Source: Hyphomicrobiales bacterium (GTDB taxonomy: Bacteria > Pseudomonadota > Alphaproteobacteria > Rhizobiales > TMED25). Taken from it: 64,000 bases of DNA. The notes below the pieces were generated by a model. The model was given only the letters and a program-made list of their open reading frames with translations. It ran no database searches and was not told where the DNA came from. Made by a program: the position numbers and the translations under genes. Positions 18,854-29,548 of the stretch are shown here, piece after piece (position 1 is the first letter of the stretch; every line of letters starts with the position of its first letter). The stretch lies in NCBI GenBank assembly GCA_038131735.1, contig JAYPPX010000001.1, positions 1,057,729 through 1,121,728 of the forward strand, written 5' to 3'.

Positions 18854-19549
18854 ATGAGAGTATTACTTATAGAAGACGATCCAACCACATCACATAGCAT
18901 TGAATTAATGCTCAAATCAGATAATTTTAAAGTCGATACAACTGACCTTGGGGAGGAGGGTATTGATCTTGGAAAATTATATGACTATGATTTGATATTA
19001 CTTGATATTGAACTGCCTGATATGAGTGGTTACGAGGTATTAAAAAATCTCCGCACCCAAAAAATTGATACCCCGGTATTAATACTAACCGGGCTTAGCA
19101 CCACTGAAAATAAAGTAAAAGGATTTGGTTTTGGTGCTGACGATTATCTTACTAAACCTTTCCATAAAGAAGAATTAATCGCAAGGATTAGCGCAATTAT
19201 TCGCCGTTCAAGAGGACATGCCCAATCGATTATCTCAACTGGAAGATTAGATGTTAATTTAGACTCAAAAACAGTTGAAGTGAACGGTAAAAGGGTTCAT
19301 CTAACTGGAAAAGAATATCAAATGCTTGAACTACTATCACTTAGGAAAGGTACCACACTGACCAAGGAAATGTTCCTAAATCACCTCTACGGCGGGATGG
19401 ATGAGCCTGAACTTAAAATTATAGATGTTTTCATTTGTAAATTGAGAAAAAAACTCATGCAAGCTTCTGATAATGAAAATTATATAGAAACTGTTTGGGG
19501 TCGAGGGTATGTTCTCAGAGATCCAACAGAAATGCTTGAGTCAGCTTAA
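18854..19549 (+). CDS. ctrA: cell-cycle response regulator CtrA (OmpR family)
   Basis: 231 aa. MRVLLIEDD, phospho-acceptor in [13 protein letters not shown], and a C-terminal winged helix with [12 protein letters not shown] and [10 protein letters not shown]...[12 protein letters not shown], highly characteristic of CtrA. Confidence 0.9.
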   Translation: MRVLLIEDDPTTSHSIELMLKSDNFKVDTTDLGEEGIDLGKLYDYDLILLDIELPDMSGYEVLKNLRTQKIDTPVLILTGLSTTENKVKGFGFGADDYLTKPFHKEELIARISAIIRRSRGHAQSIISTGRLDVNLDSKTVEVNGKRVHLTGKEYQMLELLSLRKGTTLTKEMFLNHLYGGMDEPELKIIDVFICKLRKKLMQASDNENYIETVWGRGYVLRDPTEMLESA

Positions 19550-20166
19550 ACAAGAGTTAATTCCAAAGATACTTTATTATTAATCTTCGAAAGATTTTGT
19601 TTAAGCCTATACTGTTCAAGTAATAATTTATAAAATTCAAGTTGTATATTATCGCTAATTGCTTCAATATCATCTAATTGTCCGTATAGATCCGAATTAA
19701 AATTCATTATATCTGACTCGAATTCTATCAATAATACTTTTTCATCAATACTCGTGATAAATATCTCAGCACCTCGCGGGAAAAGCTGTATTGAGAGTAT
19801 ATATATATTTGATAGTATGACTGCAGACCATTTGCTGATTTGTTTATTTTCTATACTGAAATTAACATTTAGTTTTGTGTGATTTATGAAATCGTCTGTG
19901 GCTTTTCTAAATTCTTCAACTATTACGTTATCGAATATGTCACTAGAAATATCTGCGTATGCAGTGCGATAGATTTTTAGCTGTGATAGCATCTTGCTAA
20001 CACTTTTTTCAATTAATTGAAATGCCTCATCCTCCATAATATATTTTTTTTCATCTGGTATTGTTAACTTGAACAACTCAAAACCATTCAATGCAGCAGA
20101 AGCCGGATTAATTAGATCATGAAATATTTTTCTTGATAGTTTTGATAATAGATCTAACTCAGACAT
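19546..20166 (-). CDS. chpT: histidine phosphotransferase ChpT
   Basis: 206 aa. Phosphorylatable-His helix [19 protein letters not shown] followed by a degenerate HATPase-like domain. It converges on ctrA, with the stops overlapping in TTAA, as in the Brucella ctrA-chpT locus. Confidence 0.7.
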   Translation of the reverse strand: MSELDLLSKLSRKIFHDLINPASAALNGFELFKLTIPDEKKYIMEDEAFQLIEKSVSKMLSQLKIYRTAYADISSDIFDNVIVEEFRKATDDFINHTKLNVNFSIENKQISKWSAVILSNIYILSIQLFPRGAEIFITSIDEKVLLIEFESDIMNFNSDLYGQLDDIEAISDNIQLEFYKLLLEQYRLKQNLSKINNKVSLELTLV

Positions 20167-20199
20167 TTTGATTGTATTATATAATTTGAAATTTAATTA

Positions 20200-20214
20200 T
20201 TAATTCCCAATTAA
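20200..20214. promoter_or_regulatory. candidate CtrA box (TTAA-N7-TTAA) in the chpT/cysQ divergent spacer
   Basis: Exact TTAATTCCCAATTAA, 34-48 bp upstream of the chpT ATG. The motif is frequent by chance in AT-rich DNA, so only its position supports the call. Confidence 0.25.
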
Positions 20215-20265
20215 TATATAACTAAACTAATTTTATTTGTATTGTATTTTTACACATGTAAGTTA

Positions 20266-21090
20266 ATGAGTATGAACTATTTAAAAGAAAACCATCTTGA
20301 AACACTTGGTAAGGAACTAATTCGACTCTCAAATCACGCAGCAAATGAGATTATAAATATATATAATTCAGATTTCCAAATTGATATAAAACATGATAAT
20401 TCACCAGTAACTCTTGCAGATAAAGTATCTGAAAGCATTATACTTGAGGGCATATCTAAAATTGAACCAAATATTGATGTTATATCGGAGGAAAAATATT
20501 TTGAGGAGGAAAATAAAGTAAAATCCGATTATTTTTTTCTTATTGATCCATTGGATGGAACGCGTGAATTTATAAAAAAAAATGATGAATTCACAATAAA
20601 TATTGCTCTAGTAAAAGATAATATACCTCTAATGGGAATAATTAATGTACCTGCACTAAACACAATCTATTATTCATTCAATACAAAATCCGCTTATAGA
20701 ATGGATAAAAAAAAATCGATAGAACAGATTTTTACAAGAAAACAAGAGCCCGAAACCATGCTTTACAGCAGATCAAAATTGTCAAAAAGAATGGAGGAAA
20801 TTCTTCAAAAATTATCCATAAATAGTGTTTTAAATTGTGGTTCTGCACTAAAATTTTGCCTTTTATCAGAGGGTAAAGCTGATTTTTATATAAGACATGA
20901 TCCTTGCTATGAGTGGGATACAGCTGCAGGACAAGCAATACTGGCTGCTGCAGGCGGATCATTCTATAATATTAACTTTACAAATTTTGAATATAATAAG
21001 CCAAATTTTCTAAATCAATCAGGTTTTATAGCGCTTGCAAATGACCATCAAAAAGGTCGCTTAAAGGAAGCCTTATCTCAAAATAATTAA
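20266..21090 (+). CDS. cysQ: 3'(2'),5'-bisphosphate nucleotidase CysQ (inositol monophosphatase superfamily)
   Basis: About 274 aa from the ATG at 20266 (the track start at 20242 is TTG). Intact VISEE, IDPLDGTREF and EWDTAAGQAIL catalytic motifs. Confidence 0.8.
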   Translation: MSMNYLKENHLETLGKELIRLSNHAANEIINIYNSDFQIDIKHDNSPVTLADKVSESIILEGISKIEPNIDVISEEKYFEEENKVKSDYFFLIDPLDGTREFIKKNDEFTINIALVKDNIPLMGIINVPALNTIYYSFNTKSAYRMDKKKSIEQIFTRKQEPETMLYSRSKLSKRMEEILQKLSINSVLNCGSALKFCLLSEGKADFYIRHDPCYEWDTAAGQAILAAAGGSFYNINFTNFEYNKPNFLNQSGFIALANDHQKGRLKEALSQNN

Positions 21091-21180
21091 AGAGCATTAC
21101 CTCAAATTTATTTATTTTCATTTTTTGTGTTATTATGTAATATCAAAAATATAAATTAATTTTATTCATATGGTTTTGAA

Positions 21181-21792
21181 ATGATACACATAAAAAATTT
21201 AAAGCTTTTTTTCCTAACTTTAATTTTAGGACTCGCAATAACACTAACAGCTACAAATAATTCCCAAGCTGAGTGGTATGATGAACCAGAAGCAATTGAA
21301 AATAACCCTGATGGTTTTTCAATTAATGAACTTGTATTAGCTGGTCATAGTTTCTTTGGCACAGCAACTGAAGGTCTTGGTGTTACACTTGAAACTCTAT
21401 TCTCAGCATTTGGAAGGCCAGATGGATATATTATCGGCGAGGAAGCTGGTGGTGCTATTATTGCAGGATTAGTCTATGGTGAAGGTACAATTACCACCAA
21501 AAACATGGGTGAAGAAAAAATATATTGGCAAGGACCTAGCATAGGAGTTGACTATGGCGGAGATGGCTCCAGAGTAATGTACCTGGTTTACAATATGGAT
21601 AAGATAAGTGATGTGCATAAACGCTTCCCTGGTACAAACGGTACTGCATATGTGGTCGGAGGACTTGGGGGTAGTGTTTATAACCGAAGTGGAACAACCA
21701 TCGCATCTATAAAAACAGGTGTTGGATTGAGAATGGGTGCAAACATCGGTTATATTAAATTCTCAAAAAATCCAAAATGGTTGCCATTTTAA
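21181..21792 (+). CDS. DUF1134-family periplasmic protein (EipA-like)
   Basis: 203 aa with a signal peptide. GYIIGEEAGGAIIAGLVYGEGT...YWQGPSIGVDYGGDGSRVMYLVYN...GYIKFSK matches my memory of DUF1134. Position near ctrA-chpT mirrors the Brucella ctrA-chpT-eipA order. Confidence 0.6.
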   Translation: MIHIKNLKLFFLTLILGLAITLTATNNSQAEWYDEPEAIENNPDGFSINELVLAGHSFFGTATEGLGVTLETLFSAFGRPDGYIIGEEAGGAIIAGLVYGEGTITTKNMGEEKIYWQGPSIGVDYGGDGSRVMYLVYNMDKISDVHKRFPGTNGTAYVVGGLGGSVYNRSGTTIASIKTGVGLRMGANIGYIKFSKNPKWLPF

Positions 21793-21809
21793 TTTAGATT
21801 ACTCTTTAT

Positions 21810-22559
21810 ATGGTTGAAAGTTTTCTATCCGATATTGGGATTTCCCAAATCCTAATAGCTTTTGTTATCGTTTACATTGCATCAACAGCACAAAGTGTAT
21901 TCGGTATGGGCTGGGGTATGATTGCGGCACCTTTGCTAGCATTACTTAATCCATCCCTCATTCCATCAACTATTGTTTTTTTGGGTTTTTTTGCATCATT
22001 ACTTCCGAGTATAAGGTATTTCAAAGATATCTATTGGTATACATACAAACCAGCGATCATTGGCAGAGTATTGGGTTCAATTTTAGCGGGTGGAATTGCT
22101 GCTTATGTTGTTTCATCTGGAAAGATCGAAATTACAATTGGAATAGTTTTGTTAATATCTATCTTTATTAGTGTATTCACTATCAAATCGGTAAAGCAAA
22201 GTCCTCGTAATCACTTTATAGCTGGCACAACATCCGGAATATTAGGAACAGTTGTTGGTGTAGGTGGAACACCAATGGGAATTATATATCAAAATGAGAA
22301 TCCGATAATTGTAAGAGCAAACAACAACGCTTTTTTTGCTGTTGGTAGCTTCGCTTCGTTCATTGTATTAGTTATTGCAGATGTAATGACAGTGTATAAT
22401 GTTATTTATGGATTCTTACTGCTACCATCCCTTTTTGTAGCTTCTTATGCATCAAAATATTTAATAAAATACTCTAATAAAATACTTAAACCATATATTC
22501 TGACAATATGCAGTATATCATCCATACTGTTAATTATTCGTGGTTTAGGATTTATTTGA
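21810..22559 (+). CDS. TSUP-family (TauE/SafE) anion permease
   Basis: 249 aa with 7-8 hydrophobic helices and a two-fold internal repeat containing G-rich helices (GMGWGMI, GVGGTPMG). Confidence 0.75.
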   Translation: MVESFLSDIGISQILIAFVIVYIASTAQSVFGMGWGMIAAPLLALLNPSLIPSTIVFLGFFASLLPSIRYFKDIYWYTYKPAIIGRVLGSILAGGIAAYVVSSGKIEITIGIVLLISIFISVFTIKSVKQSPRNHFIAGTTSGILGTVVGVGGTPMGIIYQNENPIIVRANNNAFFAVGSFASFIVLVIADVMTVYNVIYGFLLLPSLFVASYASKYLIKYSNKILKPYILTICSISSILLIIRGLGFI

Positions 22560-22563
22560 TAGG

Positions 22564-22893
22564 CTATCTGTTCAACTCAATTGTAGAAACAAGTTGGTTT
22601 GATCTTTTATCGATGTTGTAAACAGTATATTTTTTTTCATCATCAACTGTGAGGATGTGAATATATTTTTGATCACTACTAAATGAAAAAATTTCTTCAT
22701 TTTGTTCAATACCAATTGCTAAATTTGAGGATGTAATATCTTGCGTAACTGATGAATTATTTGATAATCTATAACCTATTGTTAAAAAAACGACACAAAA
22801 TCCAACAATGAGCAATAAAGTCATGATAAATATTGCAATCTTAAGGCCACGTGTAGATCTTATATTTTGTTCTGTATTTTCAATTTCGCTCAT
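22564..22893 (-). CDS. hypothetical single-pass membrane protein
   Basis: 109 aa with one TM helix (IAIFIMTLLLIVGFCVVFLTIGY). Its start lies only 11 bp from the divergent rluD start. No family recognised. Confidence 0.5.
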   Translation of the reverse strand: MSEIENTEQNIRSTRGLKIAIFIMTLLLIVGFCVVFLTIGYRLSNNSSVTQDITSSNLAIGIEQNEEIFSFSSDQKYIHILTVDDEKKYTVYNIDKRSNQLVSTIELNR

Positions 22894-22904
22894 ATTCTAA
22901 AAAG

Positions 22905-23912
22905 ATGATAAAAAATAATATTACAATCAATCTTATAACAAATAAATCTGATTGCGGCAAAAGAATAGATCAGTATCTCAGTCAAAATACTGACCTGAGC
23001 AGACAAAGAATTACAGACTTAATTTCTGACAAGGCAATTTTACTTAATAATAATATAGTTACTCAAAAAAATAAGAAGCTAAACGGTGAGTTTGAAAATA
23101 TAAAAATTACAATCCCACCATTAAAGACAGAGCTATTGGAAGCTGAGAATATTCCAATTAACATTATGTATGAAGATGATGATCTTTTGGTAATTGACAA
23201 ACAACCAAATCTTGTTGTTCACCCTGGAGCAGGAGTAAATTCAGGAACACTTGTTAATGCTATTATGCATCATTGTGGTGATAGGCTATCCGGAATTGGT
23301 GGACATCTTCGACCAGGCATTGTGCATAGACTTGACAAAGATACGAGCGGATTAATGTTAATTGCAAAAAATGATAAGGCACACGTGCATCTATCACAGC
23401 AATTTCAAGATCATGGTAGAACAGGAAAACTTGAGAGAATTTATCTAGCTTTTGTATGGGGTGTACCAAAATTAAAAAAAGGGAGAATTGAAACACAACT
23501 ATCTAGAAGTGATAGTGATAGAACAAAAATATCTGTTACGATGAACCCTGAAAAAGGTAGGAAGGCTATCACAGATTATCAAATTATTGAAAAATACCAT
23601 ACAAGTAACAATGAACCATTAGCTTCTCTTGTACGTTGTAAATTATATACAGGTAGAACACATCAAATTAGGGTTCATCTTGATCATATAGGTAACCCAG
23701 TCGTTTGTGACAAAAAATATGGAAAAGGCTTTATAACAAAGACAAAGATGATGAGTGAGAATAGTAGAACACAATTATTAAATTTAGATAGGCATGCTCT
23801 GCATTCATCAAAAATATCATTCCTACATCCATCAAATAATGAAACTATGACATTCGAAGCTGCTCTGCCACTTGATCTAGTAACATTAAAAAACATATTG
23901 TCAGGGATCTAA
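22905..23912 (+). CDS. rluD: RluA-family 23S rRNA pseudouridine synthase (RluD-like)
   Basis: 335 aa. N-terminal S4-like region (RIDQYL...SRQRI), catalytic HRLDKDTSGLMLIAK, and GRTHQIRVH. Confidence 0.85.
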   Translation: MIKNNITINLITNKSDCGKRIDQYLSQNTDLSRQRITDLISDKAILLNNNIVTQKNKKLNGEFENIKITIPPLKTELLEAENIPINIMYEDDDLLVIDKQPNLVVHPGAGVNSGTLVNAIMHHCGDRLSGIGGHLRPGIVHRLDKDTSGLMLIAKNDKAHVHLSQQFQDHGRTGKLERIYLAFVWGVPKLKKGRIETQLSRSDSDRTKISVTMNPEKGRKAITDYQIIEKYHTSNNEPLASLVRCKLYTGRTHQIRVHLDHIGNPVVCDKKYGKGFITKTKMMSENSRTQLLNLDRHALHSSKISFLHPSNNETMTFEAALPLDLVTLKNILSGI

Positions 23913-23972
23913 TATAGGTGTATTTTATTATGTTCTCTACATTTAGCTTAAATAAAGGAAATTAAATTACAA

Positions 23973-24827
23973 ATGTACGGTAATATACCAGTAATTGCTA
24001 GTGAAGATAGTCTAGCTCTATACTTAAAGGAAATTAAGAAATTTCCACTACTATCACATGAAGAAGAAATTGACTTAGCAAACCAACTAAGCAAGGAAGG
24101 CAACACAGAAGCTGCCCATAAACTTGTAACAAGTCATTTAAGATTAGTTGCTAAGATATCTATGGGCTATAAAGGTTATGGACTTCCTCTCAGTGATGTG
24201 ATCGCAGAAGGTAATATAGGGTTGATGCAGGCTGTAAAAAGATTTGATCCAGACAAAGGATTTAGGCTTGCAACATATGCTATTTGGTGGATAAAAGCAG
24301 CAATTCAAGAGTACGTGCTTCGTTCTTGGAGCCTGGTGAAAATGGGAACTACAGCAAATCAAAAGAAATTATTCTTTAATCTAAGAAAAATAAAAAATAA
24401 TATCCAAGCAGTTGACGACGGTGATTTAAGACCTGAACAAATTGCTCATATTGCTGAAAACCTAGGTGTAACAGAAACTGATGTCGTTGATATGAATAGA
24501 CGTCTTGGTGGAGACTCATCATTAAACACACATATTTCAGATGAAGGTGAAGGGCAATGGCAGGATTTCCTTGTAGATGAAAGTCAAGACCAGGAGACAT
24601 CCCTTGTTATAAATGATGAGATGGATAAGAGAAAGCAGATGCTATATGAAGCGCTCAGCTGCCTCAATGAGAGAGAAAAATCTATCCTCATATCAAGAAG
24701 AATTGATGAAGACTCTAAAACTTTAGAAGAGCTCAGTCAGGAGTTTGGAATCAGCAGAGAACGAGTAAGGCAAATTGAAAGCAAAGCATTTGACAAAATC
24801 AAAGGCTTTATTAATCGTGCAAATTAA
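23973..24827 (+). CDS. rpoH: RNA polymerase sigma-32 factor RpoH
   Basis: 284 aa sigma-70 family protein with the RpoH box (TTANQKKLFFNLRKIK), GNIGLMQAVKRFDP and the region 4 block ISRERVRQIE. Confidence 0.9.
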   Translation: MYGNIPVIASEDSLALYLKEIKKFPLLSHEEEIDLANQLSKEGNTEAAHKLVTSHLRLVAKISMGYKGYGLPLSDVIAEGNIGLMQAVKRFDPDKGFRLATYAIWWIKAAIQEYVLRSWSLVKMGTTANQKKLFFNLRKIKNNIQAVDDGDLRPEQIAHIAENLGVTETDVVDMNRRLGGDSSLNTHISDEGEGQWQDFLVDESQDQETSLVINDEMDKRKQMLYEALSCLNEREKSILISRRIDEDSKTLEELSQEFGISRERVRQIESKAFDKIKGFINRAN

Positions 24828-26026
24828 GCTTCTTTACTTCTTTTGATAACAACTAATATAGTTATCAAGATCATATATACTCCAAAAGTAATAATTTGTG
24901 ATTCAATGCTGATATTATGATCTATTAAATATCCCATTAAACCTGGTGATATTGCAGTCGATGCCACAACACCAGAAGTTATAACTGACTTAATTTCACC
25001 CAAATATTTGGTTCCATATAATTCAGCCCATAGTGATCCTGATATTGATGTAGCAAAACCAGTAGTAATACCACTGGCAATCATGAACAAAACCATAGAA
25101 ATCTCATTCTGACCATAAGCTAAAATAAAGGAGCCTAATGAAAGTGGTAATAAAAAGAATTTTATAAGATCTTTTGCACTCCACTTGTCGACCGCCCAAC
25201 CTGATATTAATACAAATATAATTAGTAATATCGAGAATATTGGCATCGTGAGTGCATATATTTCAGTTGCCCATCCTTTAATATCCATTAGATGATAAGA
25301 ATGAAAAAAGATACCAGTCAAAACAAATGGTGGTGCAAGTACTGCAGCTAATAATAAATAGAAATATCCACTCTTAAGAACTTCCGACCTTCTATAATCA
25401 ATAATACTCTCTTTGATTTTTTTCTTCTCTGTATTCTGATCTGGTTCATAAACTTCTCTGTCTTTTAAAAGATAGGCAACATATGGCGCGATAAAAATTA
25501 AAATAATTACTCCCGTCAACAACCATGCATTTCGCCATCCAAAAGTAGCAATCAATATCAATGCTGTTATTGGCATAAACATTTCACCAAATGCCCTTCC
25601 AAGAATTGTTACGGCAAGTGCTTTACCTCGCATAATACTGTAGGTTTTTGCAATAAATGTTGAGGACGTATGAGTTGACATACCTTGCCCCGTGATTCTT
25701 AAAAAATAAAATGCAAATAGTAAGAAAAAGGCAGAATTTATGTAAGAGAATAATATAGATGATACTCCTAATAAGACTAAAACAGTAAATGCCAATCTTC
25801 TTATATTTATATAATCTACCATCTTCCCCGTGTATAACATTGTCAGAGCGCTTAATAAGGTAGCTATTGTATACAGACCACCATATAGACCATGAGATAA
25901 ACCAAGCTCTCCTCTAATACTTCCAGCATATAATGCAAAATAGAATGTTTGCCCTATACTAGCCGCAAAAGTTAATAAAAAGCCAGCTTGTAGATAGCTA
26001 TGATTTCTTCTTATGAACTCGAACAT
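24824..26026 (-). CDS. MFS transporter
   Basis: About 400 aa from MFEFIRRNHS (the track start is 13 codons further upstream), with 12 hydrophobic helices. Its stop overlaps the rpoH stop by 4 nt. Confidence 0.75.
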   Translation of the reverse strand: MFEFIRRNHSYLQAGFLLTFAASIGQTFYFALYAGSIRGELGLSHGLYGGLYTIATLLSALTMLYTGKMVDYINIRRLAFTVLVLLGVSSILFSYINSAFFLLFAFYFLRITGQGMSTHTSSTFIAKTYSIMRGKALAVTILGRAFGEMFMPITALILIATFGWRNAWLLTGVIILIFIAPYVAYLLKDREVYEPDQNTEKKKIKESIIDYRRSEVLKSGYFYLLLAAVLAPPFVLTGIFFHSYHLMDIKGWATEIYALTMPIFSILLIIFVLISGWAVDKWSAKDLIKFFLLPLSLGSFILAYGQNEISMVLFMIASGITTGFATSISGSLWAELYGTKYLGEIKSVITSGVVASTAISPGLMGYLIDHNISIESQIITFGVYMILITILVVIKRSKEA

Positions 26027-26028
26027 CT

Positions 26029-26496
26029 TTATTTTTCTTTTAAGAATGGAACCATAGAAGACCAAACACCGTCTCTTCGTATTCTATGGTAAATTGCTGC
26101 TGAAATATGAATGCCTATTAGCCAATAAATTGCTTGAATTGAAAACTCGTGAAGTCCTACAAAAGCATCAATTAAAAAACCATCCTTTAATCCCAATGCA
26201 TAAAATCCCCCTACAAAGATTCCAGTCATAGGCACAAGAAATAGACTAATATACATTGAGTTATGCACTATTCTTGCAGCCACTTTTTGTATCTTTGAAG
26301 TATCTTCAGGCAGAGAGCTTTGCTGTGTTTTTTTCATATAAAAAAATCTTATTATAAGCAATGCTATGAAAATAAGTGCAAAAATTAATTCAAATCTTAA
26401 TAATGAGTTGTCTTCAAGTTGTTCAATATCTTGGACCTGTTTATGTTTCAAAATACCATACAAACATTTATTTAGGTCATAAGAACAAAACCCCAT
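26029..26496 (-). CDS. cytochrome b561-family protein, N-terminally truncated or degenerate
   Basis: 155 aa. The C-terminal two-thirds align with CybB-type b561 (IVHNSMYISLFLVPMTG; GLHEFS..IYWLIGIHISAAIYH). The first TM helix and its His are missing, and an in-frame TAG lies 17 codons upstream. Confidence 0.5.
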   Translation of the reverse strand: MGFCSYDLNKCLYGILKHKQVQDIEQLEDNSLLRFELIFALIFIALLIIRFFYMKKTQQSSLPEDTSKIQKVAARIVHNSMYISLFLVPMTGIFVGGFYALGLKDGFLIDAFVGLHEFSIQAIYWLIGIHISAAIYHRIRRDGVWSSMVPFLKEK

Positions 26497-26656
26497 TTTG
26501 AAATTGTTTAAAATTTCTATTTTTGAATTTTCTCCAATATTAAAACAATTTTGCTAAAAAAGATTTTACCGGTGGATTGTTTTTCAACTTTTCTTTTGAC
26601 TGGTTTATTTATTCATTAGCTTTTAAAATATTTTTTAAGTTTAATAAAAAATAATA

Positions 26657-27931
26657 TTAAATACTTTTTATCTTCTCTTTTTGGATACTTGTTGAAATTA
26701 TATCAATTGGTATACCTATAATTTCTTCTATTCTTTTTATATATTTTATAGCATTTTTGGGCAAATTATTTATGTCATTTACCCCTGAGGTATCACAAAG
26801 CCAACCGTCATGTTCTTCATAAATAGGTATAATTTTTTTTTGGAGTGTTTCAGATAATGGAAGGTGATCAATTTTTTTTCCATTAAGCTCATATCCAATA
26901 CAAATACTTATCTTTTCAAAACTATCAAGGACGTCAAGTTTTGTGAGAGCAATGCTATCAATACCTGATATTTGAACAGTTTGACGCACCAAAACCCCAT
27001 CAAACCAACCACACCGTCTTTCTCGCCCCGTAACAGTTCCAAATTCTTTCCCAATATCACCCAATTTTTCACCAATATCATCGAATAATTCTGTTGGGAA
27101 TGGACCACTTCCAACCCTAGTTGTGTATGCTTTAGTTATACCGATTATATGATCTAAATATTTTGGACCAACTCCGCTTCCTATGGACGCCTGACCTGGC
27201 ATTGTATTCGATGATGTCACAAATGGATATGTGCCAAAATCAACATCAAGTAGCAGACCTTGAGCACCCTCAAATAATATTTTTTTATCATCTATTTTTG
27301 CTTGATTAAGAATTCGCCATGTATTGGCCATAAATGGAAGAATCTCTTCTTTTATACCATCGAGATATGTATGAATATCCTCTATTTTCACATCACCAAG
27401 GCCATATGCCCTTCTGAGTATATTATGATGTTCTATAACCCTCTCAATTTTACCATTAATGTTTTCAAAATCGTCAAGATCAATTAGTTTAATTGACCTT
27501 CTTGCTACCTTATCTTCATAAGCAGGACCAATACCCCTTCCGGTTGTACCAATTTTTGATTTTCCAGCATTCTCTTCTCGAGCCAAATCTAGTTCTTTAT
27601 GCAGCGGTAATATGATTGATACATTTTCAGCAATTTTTAGATTGTCAGGGGTTACTTGAACTCCTAGTTTTGATAGATATTCTATTTCTGATAGAAGCGC
27701 GTTTGGGTCAAGGACAACTCCATTTCCAATAATTGTCAATTTATCCTTTCTAACTATACCCGAAGGAAGTAGTGATAACTTTATGGTTTGTCCATCAATG
27801 ACCAGAGTATGACCAGCATTGTGTCCACCCTGAAATCTGACAATCAAATCAGCTTCTTCAGAGAGAGAGTCAACAATCTTTCCCTTCCCTTCGTCACCCC
27901 ATTGAGTGCCAACAATTACTACACTTGTCAT
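26657..27931 (-). CDS. purA: adenylosuccinate synthetase
   Basis: 424 aa. [40 protein letters not shown]. Confidence 0.97.
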   Translation of the reverse strand: MTSVVIVGTQWGDEGKGKIVDSLSEEADLIVRFQGGHNAGHTLVIDGQTIKLSLLPSGIVRKDKLTIIGNGVVLDPNALLSEIEYLSKLGVQVTPDNLKIAENVSIILPLHKELDLAREENAGKSKIGTTGRGIGPAYEDKVARRSIKLIDLDDFENINGKIERVIEHHNILRRAYGLGDVKIEDIHTYLDGIKEEILPFMANTWRILNQAKIDDKKILFEGAQGLLLDVDFGTYPFVTSSNTMPGQASIGSGVGPKYLDHIIGITKAYTTRVGSGPFPTELFDDIGEKLGDIGKEFGTVTGRERRCGWFDGVLVRQTVQISGIDSIALTKLDVLDSFEKISICIGYELNGKKIDHLPLSETLQKKIIPIYEEHDGWLCDTSGVNDINNLPKNAIKYIKRIEEIIGIPIDIISTSIQKEKIKSI

Positions 27932-27936
27932 ATTAT

Positions 27937-29523
27937 TTATATAAAGTTTAGTTTTTTAACTTGAACAATATCATCAATATTATTTAGGCTTTCAAGAACT
28001 GAGTCATCTATCGGCGAGTCAACTTCAATCAGCTCTATAACATTACCACCAATTTTATCTCTTCCTAAATTGAAATTAGCAATATTAACACCTTGTGAGC
28101 CAAGACATTGACCAATCTTCCCAACGAGCCCAGGAATATCATTGTTTGTTATATAGATCATATTTTTAGCAAATTTTGCTTCCATATCAATTCCTTTAAC
28201 TTGTATAAGTCTTGCACTGCCATCTGAAAATACAGCTCCTGCCACAGAACGCTCTTGCCTTTCAGATTCAATAATTAATCTGATGTATGATCCATATACA
28301 CCGCCACTTTCTTTTTTTATTTGCTCAATATTCAAACCTCGTTGTTTGGCAATAGACATAGAATTGACCATGTTAATATCTTCTAATAGAGGTTTCAATA
28401 ACCCCGCTAATAGTGTTGAAGTGAGCGTATCAATGTTCATTTCAGAAATTGTTCCAACATATTCAATTTTAACATTCTTTATGGCAGTTTCCGTTATCTG
28501 GCCAGCAAATGATCCAAGACTGTTTGCAAGAACAAGATAAGGCTCCATTGATGCAGCATCTTCGGCTGATACAGATGGAAAATTAATCGCGTTAGTAATA
28601 GCACCAGTCAGAAGAAAATCACTCATTTGTTCTGCAATTTGTATTGCAACCTTTTCCTGAGCCTCCACGGTAGATGCACCAAGATGTGGTGTACATATAA
28701 CATTTTCAAAATTGAATAATGGATTATCCTTTGCAGGTTCCTCCATATATACATCAATTGCAGCTCCAGCAATTTTCTTATCTTCCAAAGCTTTTAAAAG
28801 TGCTGACTCGTCAATCAAACCACCTCGAGCACAATTTATAATTCTAACTGAGTCTTTCATAAGACTTATACTCTTATCATTTATAATATTCTTCGTCTTC
28901 TCAGTTAGAGGTGTATGTATTGTTATAAAATCTGAATTCTTGAATAGCTGATCTAATTCAACTTTATCTATACCCATTGACTCTGCACGCTCATCTGTAA
29001 GAAATGGATCATAACCCAATACTTTCATTCTAAGACCCTTTGCACGATCTATTACAATTGTACCTATATTTCCGCAACCAATCACCCCAAGAGTCTTACC
29101 AGTTAATTCCACTCCCATGAACCGAGATTTTTCCCATAAACTCGATTTTGTTGATTTATCTGCTTCAGGTATCTGTCGTGCAAGTGACATCATCATTGTG
29201 ATTGCATGCTCAGCTGTTGTCACTGAATTACCAAAAGGTGTATTCATAACAATTACACCATTTGAAGTCGCAGTCTCTATGTCAACATTGTCAACACCTA
29301 TCCCAGCTCTGCCAACAACCTTGAGTCTTTCAGCATTATTTAAAATTTTCTCTGTTACCTTCGTTGCCGATCTTATGGCTAAGCCATCATAATTTTTAAT
29401 TATCTCGTATAATTTTTCTTTATCCTTACCAACATCAGGGAGATAATCGACTTCAATCCCTCTATCTTTAAAAATCTTAACAGACTCTTCACTGAGCTTG
29501 TCTGAAACAAGTACTTTTGGCAT
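27937..29523 (-). CDS. serA: D-3-phosphoglycerate dehydrogenase (long form with ASB and ACT domains)
   Basis: 528 aa. [13 protein letters not shown] Rossmann motif, [14 protein letters not shown], and a C-terminal ACT-like region. Confidence 0.95.
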   Translation of the reverse strand: MPKVLVSDKLSEESVKIFKDRGIEVDYLPDVGKDKEKLYEIIKNYDGLAIRSATKVTEKILNNAERLKVVGRAGIGVDNVDIETATSNGVIVMNTPFGNSVTTAEHAITMMMSLARQIPEADKSTKSSLWEKSRFMGVELTGKTLGVIGCGNIGTIVIDRAKGLRMKVLGYDPFLTDERAESMGIDKVELDQLFKNSDFITIHTPLTEKTKNIINDKSISLMKDSVRIINCARGGLIDESALLKALEDKKIAGAAIDVYMEEPAKDNPLFNFENVICTPHLGASTVEAQEKVAIQIAEQMSDFLLTGAITNAINFPSVSAEDAASMEPYLVLANSLGSFAGQITETAIKNVKIEYVGTISEMNIDTLTSTLLAGLLKPLLEDINMVNSMSIAKQRGLNIEQIKKESGGVYGSYIRLIIESERQERSVAGAVFSDGSARLIQVKGIDMEAKFAKNMIYITNNDIPGLVGKIGQCLGSQGVNIANFNLGRDKIGGNVIELIEVDSPIDDSVLESLNNIDDIVQVKKLNFI

Positions 29524-29548
29524 TATGAAAATCCTTATAAATTAATTA

